A DNA stretch of 64,000 nt from Desulfomicrobium sp. (GTDB lineage: Bacteria; Desulfobacterota; Desulfovibrionia; Desulfovibrionales; Desulfomicrobiaceae), in NCBI GenBank assembly GCA_040768745.1, contig JAXGMI010000001.1, positions 64,001 to 128,000 on the forward strand, written 5' to 3'. This document shows positions 21,241 to 30,916 of this stretch, in pieces. Position 1 is the stretch's first letter; the number at the start of each line of letters is the position of its first letter. The notes under the pieces were generated by a model. The model did not search any database, was not told the origin of the DNA, and was given only the letters and a program-made list of their open reading frames with translations. The position numbers and the translations under genes are program-made.

Positions 21241-21780
21241 ATGTTGAAAAGATTGGTTTTGATGTTGTGTCTCCTCCTCAGCTGCGCCACGGCCTACGGC
21301 GCAGAAAAAGAGCATCGCGCCCTGGCCGAGGAATTGATCAGGATCACTGACGGCGACACGGTCATGGAGAGAATGAAGGCCCAGGTGACCATGATTTTCC
21401 AGCAGATCACCGCACAGATGAATGTGCAGGAGGCGGACAAGCCCAAGCTTGAAAAGTTCACCAAGCGCTTTGACGCCATCGTGAAGGAGGACATGGCCTG
21501 GGACAAGGTCAAGACCCAGTACGTGGACCTCTACACCTCGGTATTCACTGAAGAGGAAACCAAAGGTCTGGTCGACTTCTACAAGTCCGACCTGGGCAAA
21601 AAAGTCACCGCCAAGATGCCCGAACTCATGCAGCAGAGCCTGACCGTGGCCCGCACCTACATGCAGAATGTTGTGCCCAAGCTTGAAGGTCTGACCGAGG
21701 AAATGCGCAAGGAATTCGCCCCGCCTGCAGCGCCGGCCACTCCTGCACCCGATGCCGGGAAAACGGACACCAAGAAATAA
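21241..21780 (+). CDS. DUF2059-like exported protein
   Basis: Signal peptide; YTSVFTEEETKGLVDFYKSDLGKK. Confidence 0.8.
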   Translation: MLKRLVLMLCLLLSCATAYGAEKEHRALAEELIRITDGDTVMERMKAQVTMIFQQITAQMNVQEADKPKLEKFTKRFDAIVKEDMAWDKVKTQYVDLYTSVFTEEETKGLVDFYKSDLGKKVTAKMPELMQQSLTVARTYMQNVVPKLEGLTEEMRKEFAPPAAPATPAPDAGKTDTKK

Positions 21781-21842
21781 CGTCTTTGCACCTTTGGCGT
21801 TCACAGCTCCGCCGGTTCTGCCGGCGGAGCTTTTTCATGGCC

Positions 21843-22310
21843 TCAGGACAGCAGGAGGCGGATCTCACGCCGGGCTGCTTCGAGAAATTTGGGATACGCG
21901 GCCTGAAGCGGAGCGGATAGCTCCATGCTCCACTGGTTGATGGTCAGGGGCTCGATCCCCACAACTACGAGGTCCGGCTTGTTGCCCAGGAGCTCTGCCA
22001 TCCTGAGGGAATCGAGCAGGTCAATGTCGTGCAGGGACAAGCGCTGCTCCTCGTTTTCGCGCAGATTGGCCTCGGTGAAGCGGTATATGGTGCCGGGAAC
22101 ACCTCCGGCCTTGACTGCATCCAGGACCAGGACACATTCATATTCCTGGAAAATATGAAAAATATCCTGGGTAAAGGTAGCCCCGTCCAGAAAATCCACC
22201 TGCCGGAAATCCCAGTGGCTTTCCTGCCCCAGAGCATTGACTGCGTGTACGCCCACGCCCTCGTCCGTCAGCAGCAGATTCCCCACACCGAGCACCAACA
22301 GTCGCTTCAT
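21843..22310 (-). CDS. Hydrogenase maturation protease (for NiFeSe large subunit)
   Basis: LGVGNLLLTDEGVGV, SLHDIDL; downstream of hysA. Confidence 0.9.
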   Translation of the reverse strand: MKRLLVLGVGNLLLTDEGVGVHAVNALGQESHWDFRQVDFLDGATFTQDIFHIFQEYECVLVLDAVKAGGVPGTIYRFTEANLRENEEQRLSLHDIDLLDSLRMAELLGNKPDLVVVGIEPLTINQWSMELSAPLQAAYPKFLEAARREIRLLLS

Positions 22311-22332
22311 GCGCTCTCCGTCAGTCCTAAAC

Positions 22333-22357
22333 AAAAGGGCCGGTCACCCGGCCCTCT
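22333..22357 (-). terminator. Hairpin/terminator after hysA
   Basis: AGGGCCGG-GTGA-CCGGCCCT followed by TTTG on minus strand. Confidence 0.55.
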
Positions 22358-22376
22358 CTGATTCTGGAAATGGGCG

Positions 22377-23933
22377 TCAGTCAACGCTGACAATGTGTTC
22401 TTCACCGGTCTCAGCGTGCAGCACGTGCACGGCACAGCCCAGTCACGGGTCATAGGATCGGATGAGCCGCCCCACATTCACGGGATTCTTGATGTCCGGA
22501 ACGGGCACGCCAATGAGAGCCTGCTCGATGGGGCCACGCTGGCCCATGTCGTCCATGGGGTTTGCGTTCCAGAGCGTGGCGGATACAACCTGATAATTGT
22601 CGATCTTCTTGCCCTTGATCTTCAGATAGTGCAGCAGCGCGCCCCGCGGGGCCTCGGTGAAACCCGTACCTTCGGCCTCCTCCGGTATCTCTGCCTTGAC
22701 ATAGGTCTCGGCCCCGGGCTGCACCTGCTTGAGCCATTTCTCGATGCCCACAGCGGTCAGCCAGGTTTCCTCTGCGCGGGCCACGTGGCGGCCCATGATG
22801 GAGAAGGCCTTGTCTCCCAGGTCACGGAACTTCGTGGCTTCGATGCCATAAAGGTTTTTGAGCATCTTCTGGCCCACGGGGCTCAATTCCGGATTCTCAA
22901 CCCACATGCGGGCCAGAGGACCGACTTCACAGGGTTTGTCCTTGTATCGGGGGGACTTGATAAAGCTGTACGCCCCCGACTTGTCCGGATTGGGATTGGT
23001 TTCACCCTGGCTGTAGTGCAGGCCACCAACAGTCGACTGGTCGAAGAAAGAGTGACCTACGTATTCCTTGACCAGCTTGGGATCGAATTCCTCGTCCTTG
23101 CCGTCGATGTAGACACCGGGTTTGAGCAGGAAGGTCGTGTATTCGTCGTCCTGGGGAAAGACCCCGAAGGCGATGACGTTCTTCCACCCGACCCCGGTTT
23201 CGAACAGGTCGGTGTACACGGCTCCCAATGTATACACCAGGGGCAGGTACTCCTCGGTCACGAACTTCTGCACTTCCTTGAACCGGACGGCATACTGGGC
23301 CAGCTTCTCGGCCGTAGGAATTTGGGTGGCCCCGCCCACGACCATGCCCTGCACATGGGGCATGCGTCCGCCGAACATGGCCACCATTTCGTGGCAGATG
23401 CGACGCATTTCCAGGGCCTTCAGGTACTGGTTCAAGCCAAAGGCATTGGTCGCTCCGGCCTTGGCCGGATCCTTGATGCGGTCCGTCAACAGGTCGGCGT
23501 TGTCGTAGCGGGGCACGAACGGGGAGACATCTGGACCTTTGACATAGTCCAGGGCTGCCAAATGGTAGAAATGCAGAATGTGGGACTGCAGGTAGTTGGC
23601 CCCGAAGATCAGGTTACGGGTGATACGCCCGTTGCTGGTCACCTTGACCCCGAATGCGTCATCCTGGGCCATGACCGAGGCAGTGCAATGGGCCGTGGGG
23701 CAGACGCCGCAGATGCGCTGCACGATCTGGGAGGAGTCCCGGGGATCGCGGCCTTTGAGGATCTGCTCGAATCCACGGAACATGCCGCCGTAGCATTTTG
23801 CATCGACGACCTTGCCGTCCTTGACCTCGACCTCGATCTTGAGATGGCCTTCGACCCTGGTCACCGGATCGATGGCGATTTTTATCTTCTGTCCGACGGC
23901 CTCGCCGGCCGCGGCGTTAGCTGCTTGTGACAC
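22377..23933 (-). CDS. hysA: [NiFeSe] hydrogenase large subunit, selenocysteine at UGA 22443-22445
   Basis: RICGVC L1 motif; reading through TGA gives YDP-U-LGCAVH-VLHAETGEEHIVSVD-stop (22377-22379). Confidence 0.95.
22415..22431 (-). promoter_or_regulatory. Bacterial SECIS-like hairpin
   Basis: CGTGCA-CGTGC-TGCACG 17-nt stem-loop starting 11 nt after the in-frame UGA. Confidence 0.75.
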
Positions 23934-23948
23934 GCATGTCCTCCTTGA

Positions 23949-24896
23949 TTATTCCGCTACGTAGAAAGGAGACTTCCCATCGGGAAAGTCCGGTTCCACA
24001 CAGCCGATGCACACCGCGTTCTCGACACACCAGTTGATGCCGTTGTTCCAGCGGCGCTTGTAGCAATCGGCCATGGTTGACGGCCCCTTGCAGCCAAGCT
24101 CTGCCTTGCAGCCAGGCCTGGTGAAGGTTTCCGCAAATTCGGAATTGTCGTACAGATGAATGTACGGACAGTTTTCATGGATGTTGTCCCCGAAGAAGAG
24201 CAGGGGGCGGCCATTCTCGTCCAGCTCTGGCAGCGGATGTTCCTTGGGATTGAGGACATGGCTCCAGGCGGCGACCAAGGTCCCGACCATCCAGTCCGGG
24301 TGGGGCGGACATCCAGGCACGTTGACCAGCAGCTTGTCGATATTTTCTTCGGCAAAGAAGTCGCGCACGCTTTTCGCACCGGTCACATTGCCAGCAGCGG
24401 CCGGGATTCCGCCGTAGGCCGAGCAGGTCCCGATGCCCACAGTGGCCAGGGACTTGGGTGCCAGGTCCCGGACCAGCTCCATCATGGTGATTTCCCTGTG
24501 ATGCCCCAGGCTGTCCTTTGTCTCACCGACAATGCAGTACCGGCCTTCCTTGGCTGTGGGGATGGCCCCTTCGACCAGAAGAAAAAAGCTCCCGTGAAAT
24601 TTCTCGGCGATCTCGTACATGTGCTCCACGGCAATCTCGCCTTCACTGGCCATGACCGTGGGATGGAACTCAAGACTGATCACATCCAGCAGAATCTCCT
24701 TGATTCTGGGGTGCACGGCGTTGAGCAGGGAAACAGAACATCCCGTGCATCCCTGGCCCTGAATCCAGATGACGGGCGCTTTTTTGGCCCCTTCGGACAT
24801 GGCATGCAGGATTCCTGGATGGAATATCTGGGAAATTCCCAGCCCGGCCACGCCCGCGGAACACAGTTTGACGAACTCACGTCTGCTTAAACTCAT
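23949..24896 (-). CDS. hysB: [NiFeSe] hydrogenase small subunit
   Basis: Tat SRREFVK, CTGCSVS, GCPPHP, HENCPY, GCKGP, CIGCVEPDFPD. Confidence 0.93.
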   Translation of the reverse strand: MSLSRREFVKLCSAGVAGLGISQIFHPGILHAMSEGAKKAPVIWIQGQGCTGCSVSLLNAVHPRIKEILLDVISLEFHPTVMASEGEIAVEHMYEIAEKFHGSFFLLVEGAIPTAKEGRYCIVGETKDSLGHHREITMMELVRDLAPKSLATVGIGTCSAYGGIPAAAGNVTGAKSVRDFFAEENIDKLLVNVPGCPPHPDWMVGTLVAAWSHVLNPKEHPLPELDENGRPLLFFGDNIHENCPYIHLYDNSEFAETFTRPGCKAELGCKGPSTMADCYKRRWNNGINWCVENAVCIGCVEPDFPDGKSPFYVAE

Positions 24897-25039
24897 TCCC
24901 CCCTCCTTACGATGACAGCGTGCAGAGACATTGGTCTTCTACGGAAGGCGCAGTATCTTAAAATAATTTACAATGTCAACGTGACTTCGATCGGATTTTT
25001 CTATCGGACCCATCGCACCTCAGCGCGGCGAAACAAACC

Positions 25040-25855
25040 TCACCTGACGATTCTGGTAGGGTAGAAAGCCTGGGTGGCATTGTGCTGCCAGAGAAACTGG
25101 TGGATGATGTACCCGTCCGAGAAAAAGGTGACAGAACCCAGAACCGGATCGGGGTTAGCGGGATCTTCTCCGTACACGTAGATGAACCGGTTGAATCGAA
25201 ACAGCGGGCGGATGAGACCCATGTGCTCCGCATGCAGGACGAGATGCCCGCTCATGGCCCTGTCATCCTCGATCCACACCCGTCCCCCTGCCCCCAACGA
25301 ATATTCCCCGACATAGTTCTCCTCCACGAATTCCTCTGTGGCCAAGCCGTGCATGAAGCGCGCCTCGGCTCCGTGCTTGAGGATGTCCTGGCCGGACTCA
25401 TTGGCCAGGATCTTGCCCCCGGAGGCCGGAGAGCGTGGTGATTCGGCACAAACCTCCTGCGGTGCGGCATCAGAAGGCATGGATGTGGCGGGAGACGGCT
25501 GCCCCCCAGCATCCAGGGCTGGGACCTTGAGAGATTTGAAAACGGCAGCGCGCGGCTTTGGCCGCGGCTTCGACGATGGTGTCCGGGTCTGTTCGGGGTG
25601 CCGGGATACCGATGCCTGCTCCGGGCTGCCACCGGCTGGTCTGACCTGAGCACGGACAGGAACGGGGGGCACGATATCGACCACGACCAGCAGGTGCTGC
25701 GGACTCTGGAAAGCAGGACGCACCTCGAGCCCACGCAGCACGACACCGTGCAGGAAAAGGGAAAGCGTCACCGAGACGACCCATGCCCACCAGGCGGAAA
25801 CACCCTGTCTTCCGTGCGGGGGTGAAAACTGCTCTACAGGCTTTGTCACGTGCAT
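25040..25855 (-). CDS. Hypothetical TM + Pro-rich linker + uncharacterised C-terminal domain (TonB-like layout)
   Basis: SLFLHG TM helix, Pro/Ser-rich linker, C-domain paralogous to 2336..2776. Confidence 0.7.
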   Translation of the reverse strand: MHVTKPVEQFSPPHGRQGVSAWWAWVVSVTLSLFLHGVVLRGLEVRPAFQSPQHLLVVVDIVPPVPVRAQVRPAGGSPEQASVSRHPEQTRTPSSKPRPKPRAAVFKSLKVPALDAGGQPSPATSMPSDAAPQEVCAESPRSPASGGKILANESGQDILKHGAEARFMHGLATEEFVEENYVGEYSLGAGGRVWIEDDRAMSGHLVLHAEHMGLIRPLFRFNRFIYVYGEDPANPDPVLGSVTFFSDGYIIHQFLWQHNATQAFYPTRIVR

Positions 25856-26367
25856 CGTCCCTTCTCAGCCACGATATCCGGCTTGCTCTTCGCGACCACT
25901 CCGGCCGCTGACCCGAAGCATGCCCCCGGCACGGAACGCAGATGATTTTTGAGCCCCTTTCTCTGGGATTTCATGCTCCCGATCAGATCAGCTGGCTGTG
26001 CACGGACCATAAACCTCATCCCCTGCCATCACAACAGGAGCTTGCATCTTCTCTTGGTCCGGAATCTCCTCGTGCTGAACCATCCGCCCATGTGTTGATG
26101 CGGGTGCGACCCTGCCTGGATTGGGGGGTCCGCGAAAATACCGATTCAAAAAAAATAACACTGCATGCTGTATGGATTTCTCCAATGCAACTCCGTGTTC
26201 CCATTCGACAATACACCATATCCTTTTCGACAATACATATTGACCGAATTTGTCTTTCAAAGTAAGCAGAAAAAAAGGGAAATGTAAAAGATGAGACTTC
26301 ACTCGCGGCTATGACTTTCGGCAACTTCTGCCGGAAGTTTTTTTTAGTCATACACTGGAGGTGTGGT

Positions 26368-27327
26368 ATGAAGTTTTCCGTAGGATTGGGCAAACCTGGA
26401 GCCGAGGAACGGCTGCAAAAAAGCGGGATCTCTCGTCGAGATTTCATGAAATTCTGCTCCACCATTGCCGCGGTCATGGGCATGGAGGCATCATTTGCCC
26501 ACAAAATTGCCCTGGCATTGACCGCTCCCCAGCGTCCTTCCGTAGTCTGGCTGCACAATGCGGAATGCACCGGGTGCTCTGAATCCATTTTGCGCGCCGT
26601 CCGGCCCTTTATCGACGACCTGATCCTCGACACGATCAGTCTCGACTACCACGAAACCATCATGGCTGCCGCCGGCCACAAAGCAGAAGAAGCTCTGCAC
26701 AAAGCGGTCAGCTCACCCAACGGTTTCCTCTGCGTCGTCGAAGGGGCCATTCCGACCAAGGACAAGGGGATTTATGGCAAGGTTGCGGGCCGGACCATGC
26801 TCGACATCTGTTCGGAAATCGTCCCCAAGGCCAAAGCCGTCATTTCCTACGGCACCTGTGCCACCTATGGCGGCGTGCAGGCGGCCAAACCCAACCCCAC
26901 AGAGGCCAAGGGCATCAACGACGCCCTGAAGCACCTGGGCGTCAATGCCGTGAACATCCCCGGGTGTCCGCCCAACCCCTACAATCTGGTCGGCACCATC
27001 GTCCATCTGCTGACCCACAATCTGGCCATCCCTGAGATGGACGAGGTCAACCGCCCCATCATGTTCTTCGGGGAAACCGTGCACGAGAACTGCCCTCGCC
27101 TGACCCATTACAATGCCGGCGAGTTCGCCCCCTCCTTCGATTCGGAAGAAGCACGCAAGGGCTGGTGTCTGTATCAGCTCGGGTGCAAGGGTCCGACCAC
27201 GTACAACAACTGTCCCAAGGTCAAGTTCAACCAGACGAACTGGCCCGTGGAAGCCGGCCATCCCTGCATCGGTTGCAGCGAGCCCAATTTCTGGGATGCT
27301 GCGTCGCCCTTCTACGAGGAAGCGTAA
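26368..27327 (+). CDS. hynB: Periplasmic [NiFe] hydrogenase small subunit
   Basis: Tat [34 protein letters not shown]; symbol follows D. vulgaris convention. Confidence 0.94.
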   Translation: MKFSVGLGKPGAEERLQKSGISRRDFMKFCSTIAAVMGMEASFAHKIALALTAPQRPSVVWLHNAECTGCSESILRAVRPFIDDLILDTISLDYHETIMAAAGHKAEEALHKAVSSPNGFLCVVEGAIPTKDKGIYGKVAGRTMLDICSEIVPKAKAVISYGTCATYGGVQAAKPNPTEAKGINDALKHLGVNAVNIPGCPPNPYNLVGTIVHLLTHNLAIPEMDEVNRPIMFFGETVHENCPRLTHYNAGEFAPSFDSEEARKGWCLYQLGCKGPTTYNNCPKVKFNQTNWPVEAGHPCIGCSEPNFWDAASPFYEEA

Positions 27328-27377
27328 TTGTCCGCTGCGTTCGGCTCAACCATTACTGAATTATAAGGAGAGCATAT

Positions 27378-29087
27378 ATGTCCGGTTGCAAACCCAACCA
27401 AGCCCCGGGTGTCGTCGCCACCCCCATGGACAAAACCTACAAGGGACCCATCGTGGTGGATCCAGTCACCCGCATTGAAGGCCACCTGAAAATCGAAGTG
27501 GAAGTGGACCAGGGCAAGGTCGTCAATGTCTGGTCCAGTTCCCAGCTCTTCCGCGGACTGGAACTGATCCTCAAGGGCCGCGATCCCCGTGACGCCCAGC
27601 ACTTCACCCAGCGCTCCTGCGGTGTGTGCACCTACACCCACGCTCTGGCCTCCACCCGCTGCGTGGACAATGCCGTGGGCGTGGACAAGAAACTGCCCGA
27701 CAACGCCCGCTTGATCCGCAACCTGGTCCTGGCCGCCCAGTTCCTGCACGACCATATCGTACACTTTTATCATCTTCACGCCCTGGATTGGGTGGACGTG
27801 ACCGGGGCTCTGACCGCCGATCCCGTCAAGGCCGCGTCCATCGCCAATTCCATCTCTCCCCGTCAGACCAAGGCCGAGGACCTGAAGGCCGTGCAGACCA
27901 AGGTCAAAGGTCTGGTCGACTCAGGTCAGCTGGGTATTTTCACCAACGCCTATTTCCTGGGCGGACACAAGGCCTACTACCTGCCGGCCGAAGTCAACCT
28001 CATCGCCACAGCCCATTACCTGGAAGCCCTGCACCTGCAGGTCAAGGCTGCCCGGGCCATGGCCGTGTTCGGCGCCAAGAACCCGCACACCCAGTTCACC
28101 GTGGTGGGCGGCGTGACCTGCTATGATGGCCTGACCGAAAAGAGGATCACCGAATTCGTCGAGCTGTTCAAGGAAACCAAACAGTTCATCGATGAATGCT
28201 ACATCCCGGACCTCCTCGCCGTGGCGTCCTACTACAAGGATTGGGCCGGCATCGGCGGCACCACCAACTTCATGAGCTTCGGCGAATTTCCTTACGTGGA
28301 AAGCGACATGAACAGCCGCTGGCTGCCCGCCGGGGTGCTCTACAACCGGGACATCAGCAAGGTCAACGCGTTCGATCCCAAGCTCATCACCGAGCATGTG
28401 CGCCACAGCTGGTACAAGGGCGACAAGGATCATCACCCCTACCAGGGCGTGACCGAACCCCAGTACACCAATTACGAGGACCGGGACCGCTACTCCTGGA
28501 TGAAAGCCCCCCGCTACAACAAGACCTCGGTGGAAACCGGACCCCTGGCCACAGTGCTGGTCGCCTATGCCAAGGGGCACCCGGAAGTGAAAAAGACCGT
28601 CGACTACGTCCTGAATTACCTGGGCGTGGGCCCGGCCGCCCTCTTCTCCACCCTGGGCCGCACGGCCGCCCGCGGCATCGAGACCAAGGTCATCGCCGAC
28701 AAGATGATGGACTGGGTCAACGAACTGGCCGACAACGTCAAACGCGGCAACACCAAGATCTACCAGGATTGGAAGATGCCCGACGAGGCCGAAGGTGTCG
28801 GATTTGTCAACGCCCCGCGCGGTGGCCTGAGCCACTGGATCCGGATCAAGGGCGGCAAGATCGAGAACTTCCAGCTGGTCGTGCCCTCCACCTGGAACCT
28901 CGGCCCGCGCTGCGCCGAAGGCAAGCTCTCGGCCGTGGAGGAAGCCCTGGTCGGCACGCCCATCGCCGACGCCGAACGTCCTGTGGAAATCCTGCGCACC
29001 GTGCATTCCTACGACCCATGTATCGCCTGCGGCGTGCATGTCATCGACTCCAGAACCAACCAGGTTCGCAAGTTCAAGATTCTGTAA
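27378..29087 (+). CDS. hynA: [NiFe] hydrogenase large subunit
   Basis: RSCGVC L1, DPCIACGVH L2 with C-terminal extension. Confidence 0.95.
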   Translation: MSGCKPNQAPGVVATPMDKTYKGPIVVDPVTRIEGHLKIEVEVDQGKVVNVWSSSQLFRGLELILKGRDPRDAQHFTQRSCGVCTYTHALASTRCVDNAVGVDKKLPDNARLIRNLVLAAQFLHDHIVHFYHLHALDWVDVTGALTADPVKAASIANSISPRQTKAEDLKAVQTKVKGLVDSGQLGIFTNAYFLGGHKAYYLPAEVNLIATAHYLEALHLQVKAARAMAVFGAKNPHTQFTVVGGVTCYDGLTEKRITEFVELFKETKQFIDECYIPDLLAVASYYKDWAGIGGTTNFMSFGEFPYVESDMNSRWLPAGVLYNRDISKVNAFDPKLITEHVRHSWYKGDKDHHPYQGVTEPQYTNYEDRDRYSWMKAPRYNKTSVETGPLATVLVAYAKGHPEVKKTVDYVLNYLGVGPAALFSTLGRTAARGIETKVIADKMMDWVNELADNVKRGNTKIYQDWKMPDEAEGVGFVNAPRGGLSHWIRIKGGKIENFQLVVPSTWNLGPRCAEGKLSAVEEALVGTPIADAERPVEILRTVHSYDPCIACGVHVIDSRTNQVRKFKIL

Positions 29088-29181
29088 CGAACCGGGGCCC
29101 CTTTTCGGGGCCCCTTCCCTCCTTGATCCCGTCCCGCAATGCGCGCGGCGGGACACTTTATCCCTCAACGCGGAAGGGCCA

Positions 29182-29673
29182 ATGACCGAGTCGGACAAGC
29201 GCATTCTTGTTCTTGGTGTGGGCAACATTCTTTTCACCGATGAAGGCATCGGCGTGCGCTGTATCGAAGAAATGCTGACCAAATATACGTTTTCCGACAA
29301 CGTCACCCTCATGGACGGGGGCACCATGGGCACCAAGCTGATGGGACCCATCATGGAAGCGGACCACCTGATTGTCTGCGATGCCGTGCTCTGTGATGAC
29401 AAGCCGGGCGCCGTGTACCGCCTCGTGGGCGACGACCTGCGCAAAAGCCTGGCCTTCCGGGATTCCATGCACCAGACAGACCTGGTGGACACCCTCGGCA
29501 TGTGCGAACTGGTCGGCAACCGGCCCGAAGCCATCGTCATCGGCATGGAGCCTTCTGACTATCATTCCATGGCCCTGGAACTTTCCCCCACCGCCCAAGC
29601 CTGCATGCCCGCGATGATTGCGTCCGTCATCAGGGAAATCGAGAAGGCCGGCGGCACCTGCACCCAGATCTGA
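29182..29673 (+). CDS. Hydrogenase maturation protease (HyaD/HybD family)
   Basis: LGVGNILFTDEGIGV, DGGTMG, SMHQ. Confidence 0.92.
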   Translation: MTESDKRILVLGVGNILFTDEGIGVRCIEEMLTKYTFSDNVTLMDGGTMGTKLMGPIMEADHLIVCDAVLCDDKPGAVYRLVGDDLRKSLAFRDSMHQTDLVDTLGMCELVGNRPEAIVIGMEPSDYHSMALELSPTAQACMPAMIASVIREIEKAGGTCTQI

Positions 29674-29683
29674 AGGAGGCACC

Positions 29684-29962
29684 ATGTGTCTGGCCATTCC
29701 CGCACGAATTGAATCCATCACCAACGGCGTGGCCCAATGTCGGGTCGGCGAAGGCGATACCTTCGTCAGTGCATCACTCATGCTCCTGGACCAGGAGGCG
29801 GGCCTGGGAGACTATGTCATCATTCACGCCGGCTTCGCCATCCGCAAGCTGGACCTGAGAGAAGCCCAGGAATCCCTGACCATTTTGCGCGACCTGGCCC
29901 AGGCCTATGAACAGGAACAGGCCCGGTACGCCATGGAAGCCGAAACCCGTGCCAAGGTGTGA
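29684..29962 (+). CDS. hypC: Hydrogenase chaperone HypC
   Basis: MCLAIPARI, GDYVIIHAGFAI. Confidence 0.95.
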   Translation: MCLAIPARIESITNGVAQCRVGEGDTFVSASLMLLDQEAGLGDYVIIHAGFAIRKLDLREAQESLTILRDLAQAYEQEQARYAMEAETRAKV

Positions 29963-30770
29963 TCCCGACCGCGCCCTGGGCAGCCTTCTGGGCCTTGCGG
30001 TCTGTGAGGCCCTGGCCGGGTCCAGCCAGACGGTCTTCCCTGACGCCCCCCTGCCCTGCGGCCTCTTTGGGGACGGGACATCCATGGCCCTGGCCCTGGC
30101 TGAAAGCCTGACCGAAATGGCCGCCGTGGATCAGCGGGACCAGATGATCCGTTACGCCAGCTGGTTTCGCTACGGACATCTGAGCGCCACCGAGACCTGC
30201 GCGTTCATTGACGAGTCTGTCAGACAGGCCATTGTGCGCTTCGAAAAGACCTGGGACCCTGAAGATCATGGTTCAGAGGGAGACGTCTGTCTGGCCCGCA
30301 TGGCGCCTGTAGCCATCTTTTTTTACGGATCTCCGGAAAAAGCGCTGGAGGCCTGCGCCCAGACCACCCGCACCACCCATGCCGGACCACACAGCCTGGA
30401 GGCCTGTGCCCTGCTCACGGCCATGATCTTCATGTCCTTGGGCGGTCATGGCAAAGCAGATATTCTCCGCCACGCCCGGCACGACCCTGGCCTTGCCCAG
30501 GTTCCCCCACCGGCCCTGGATGAACCAGACACGCGGTTTTCCCTTGCGGCCATGTCGGCTCTGCGCATGGCAGTGGAATCCTTTTGTGCTGCCGACTCCT
30601 TTGCCAAAGGTGCGCTGTCCTGCAGACAGTACGGCCGCCGGGCCATGGCCGCCTACGGCCAGTTGGCAGGGGCGTGGTATGGGGCCGCCGCCATCCCGCG
30701 GCCCTGGCGTGAGAGCCTGGTCAAGGCCGATCTGCTCCGACGCATGCTTCAAGGTCTGCTCGAAAACTGA
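29949..30770 (+). CDS. ADP-ribosylglycohydrolase-fold protein, degenerate active site
   Basis: DRALGSLLGLAV, TSMALALAESL, YGQLAGAWYGAAAIP..W; start uncertain. Confidence 0.75.
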   Translation: MPRCDPDRALGSLLGLAVCEALAGSSQTVFPDAPLPCGLFGDGTSMALALAESLTEMAAVDQRDQMIRYASWFRYGHLSATETCAFIDESVRQAIVRFEKTWDPEDHGSEGDVCLARMAPVAIFFYGSPEKALEACAQTTRTTHAGPHSLEACALLTAMIFMSLGGHGKADILRHARHDPGLAQVPPPALDEPDTRFSLAAMSALRMAVESFCAADSFAKGALSCRQYGRRAMAAYGQLAGAWYGAAAIPRPWRESLVKADLLRRMLQGLLEN

Positions 30771-30916
30771 ACTTTTCCGTCTCTTGCCAAATCCCATCAC
30801 GGCCGGTAGCATGCTTTCACCGTACGGACGGGCATGATCTTTTTCCCCTTCTCATCCTCTCCTCGCGGGCGACCAATTTTCGTCTGCCTTCTTCACGAAC
30901 ACATCAAACAGAGAGC

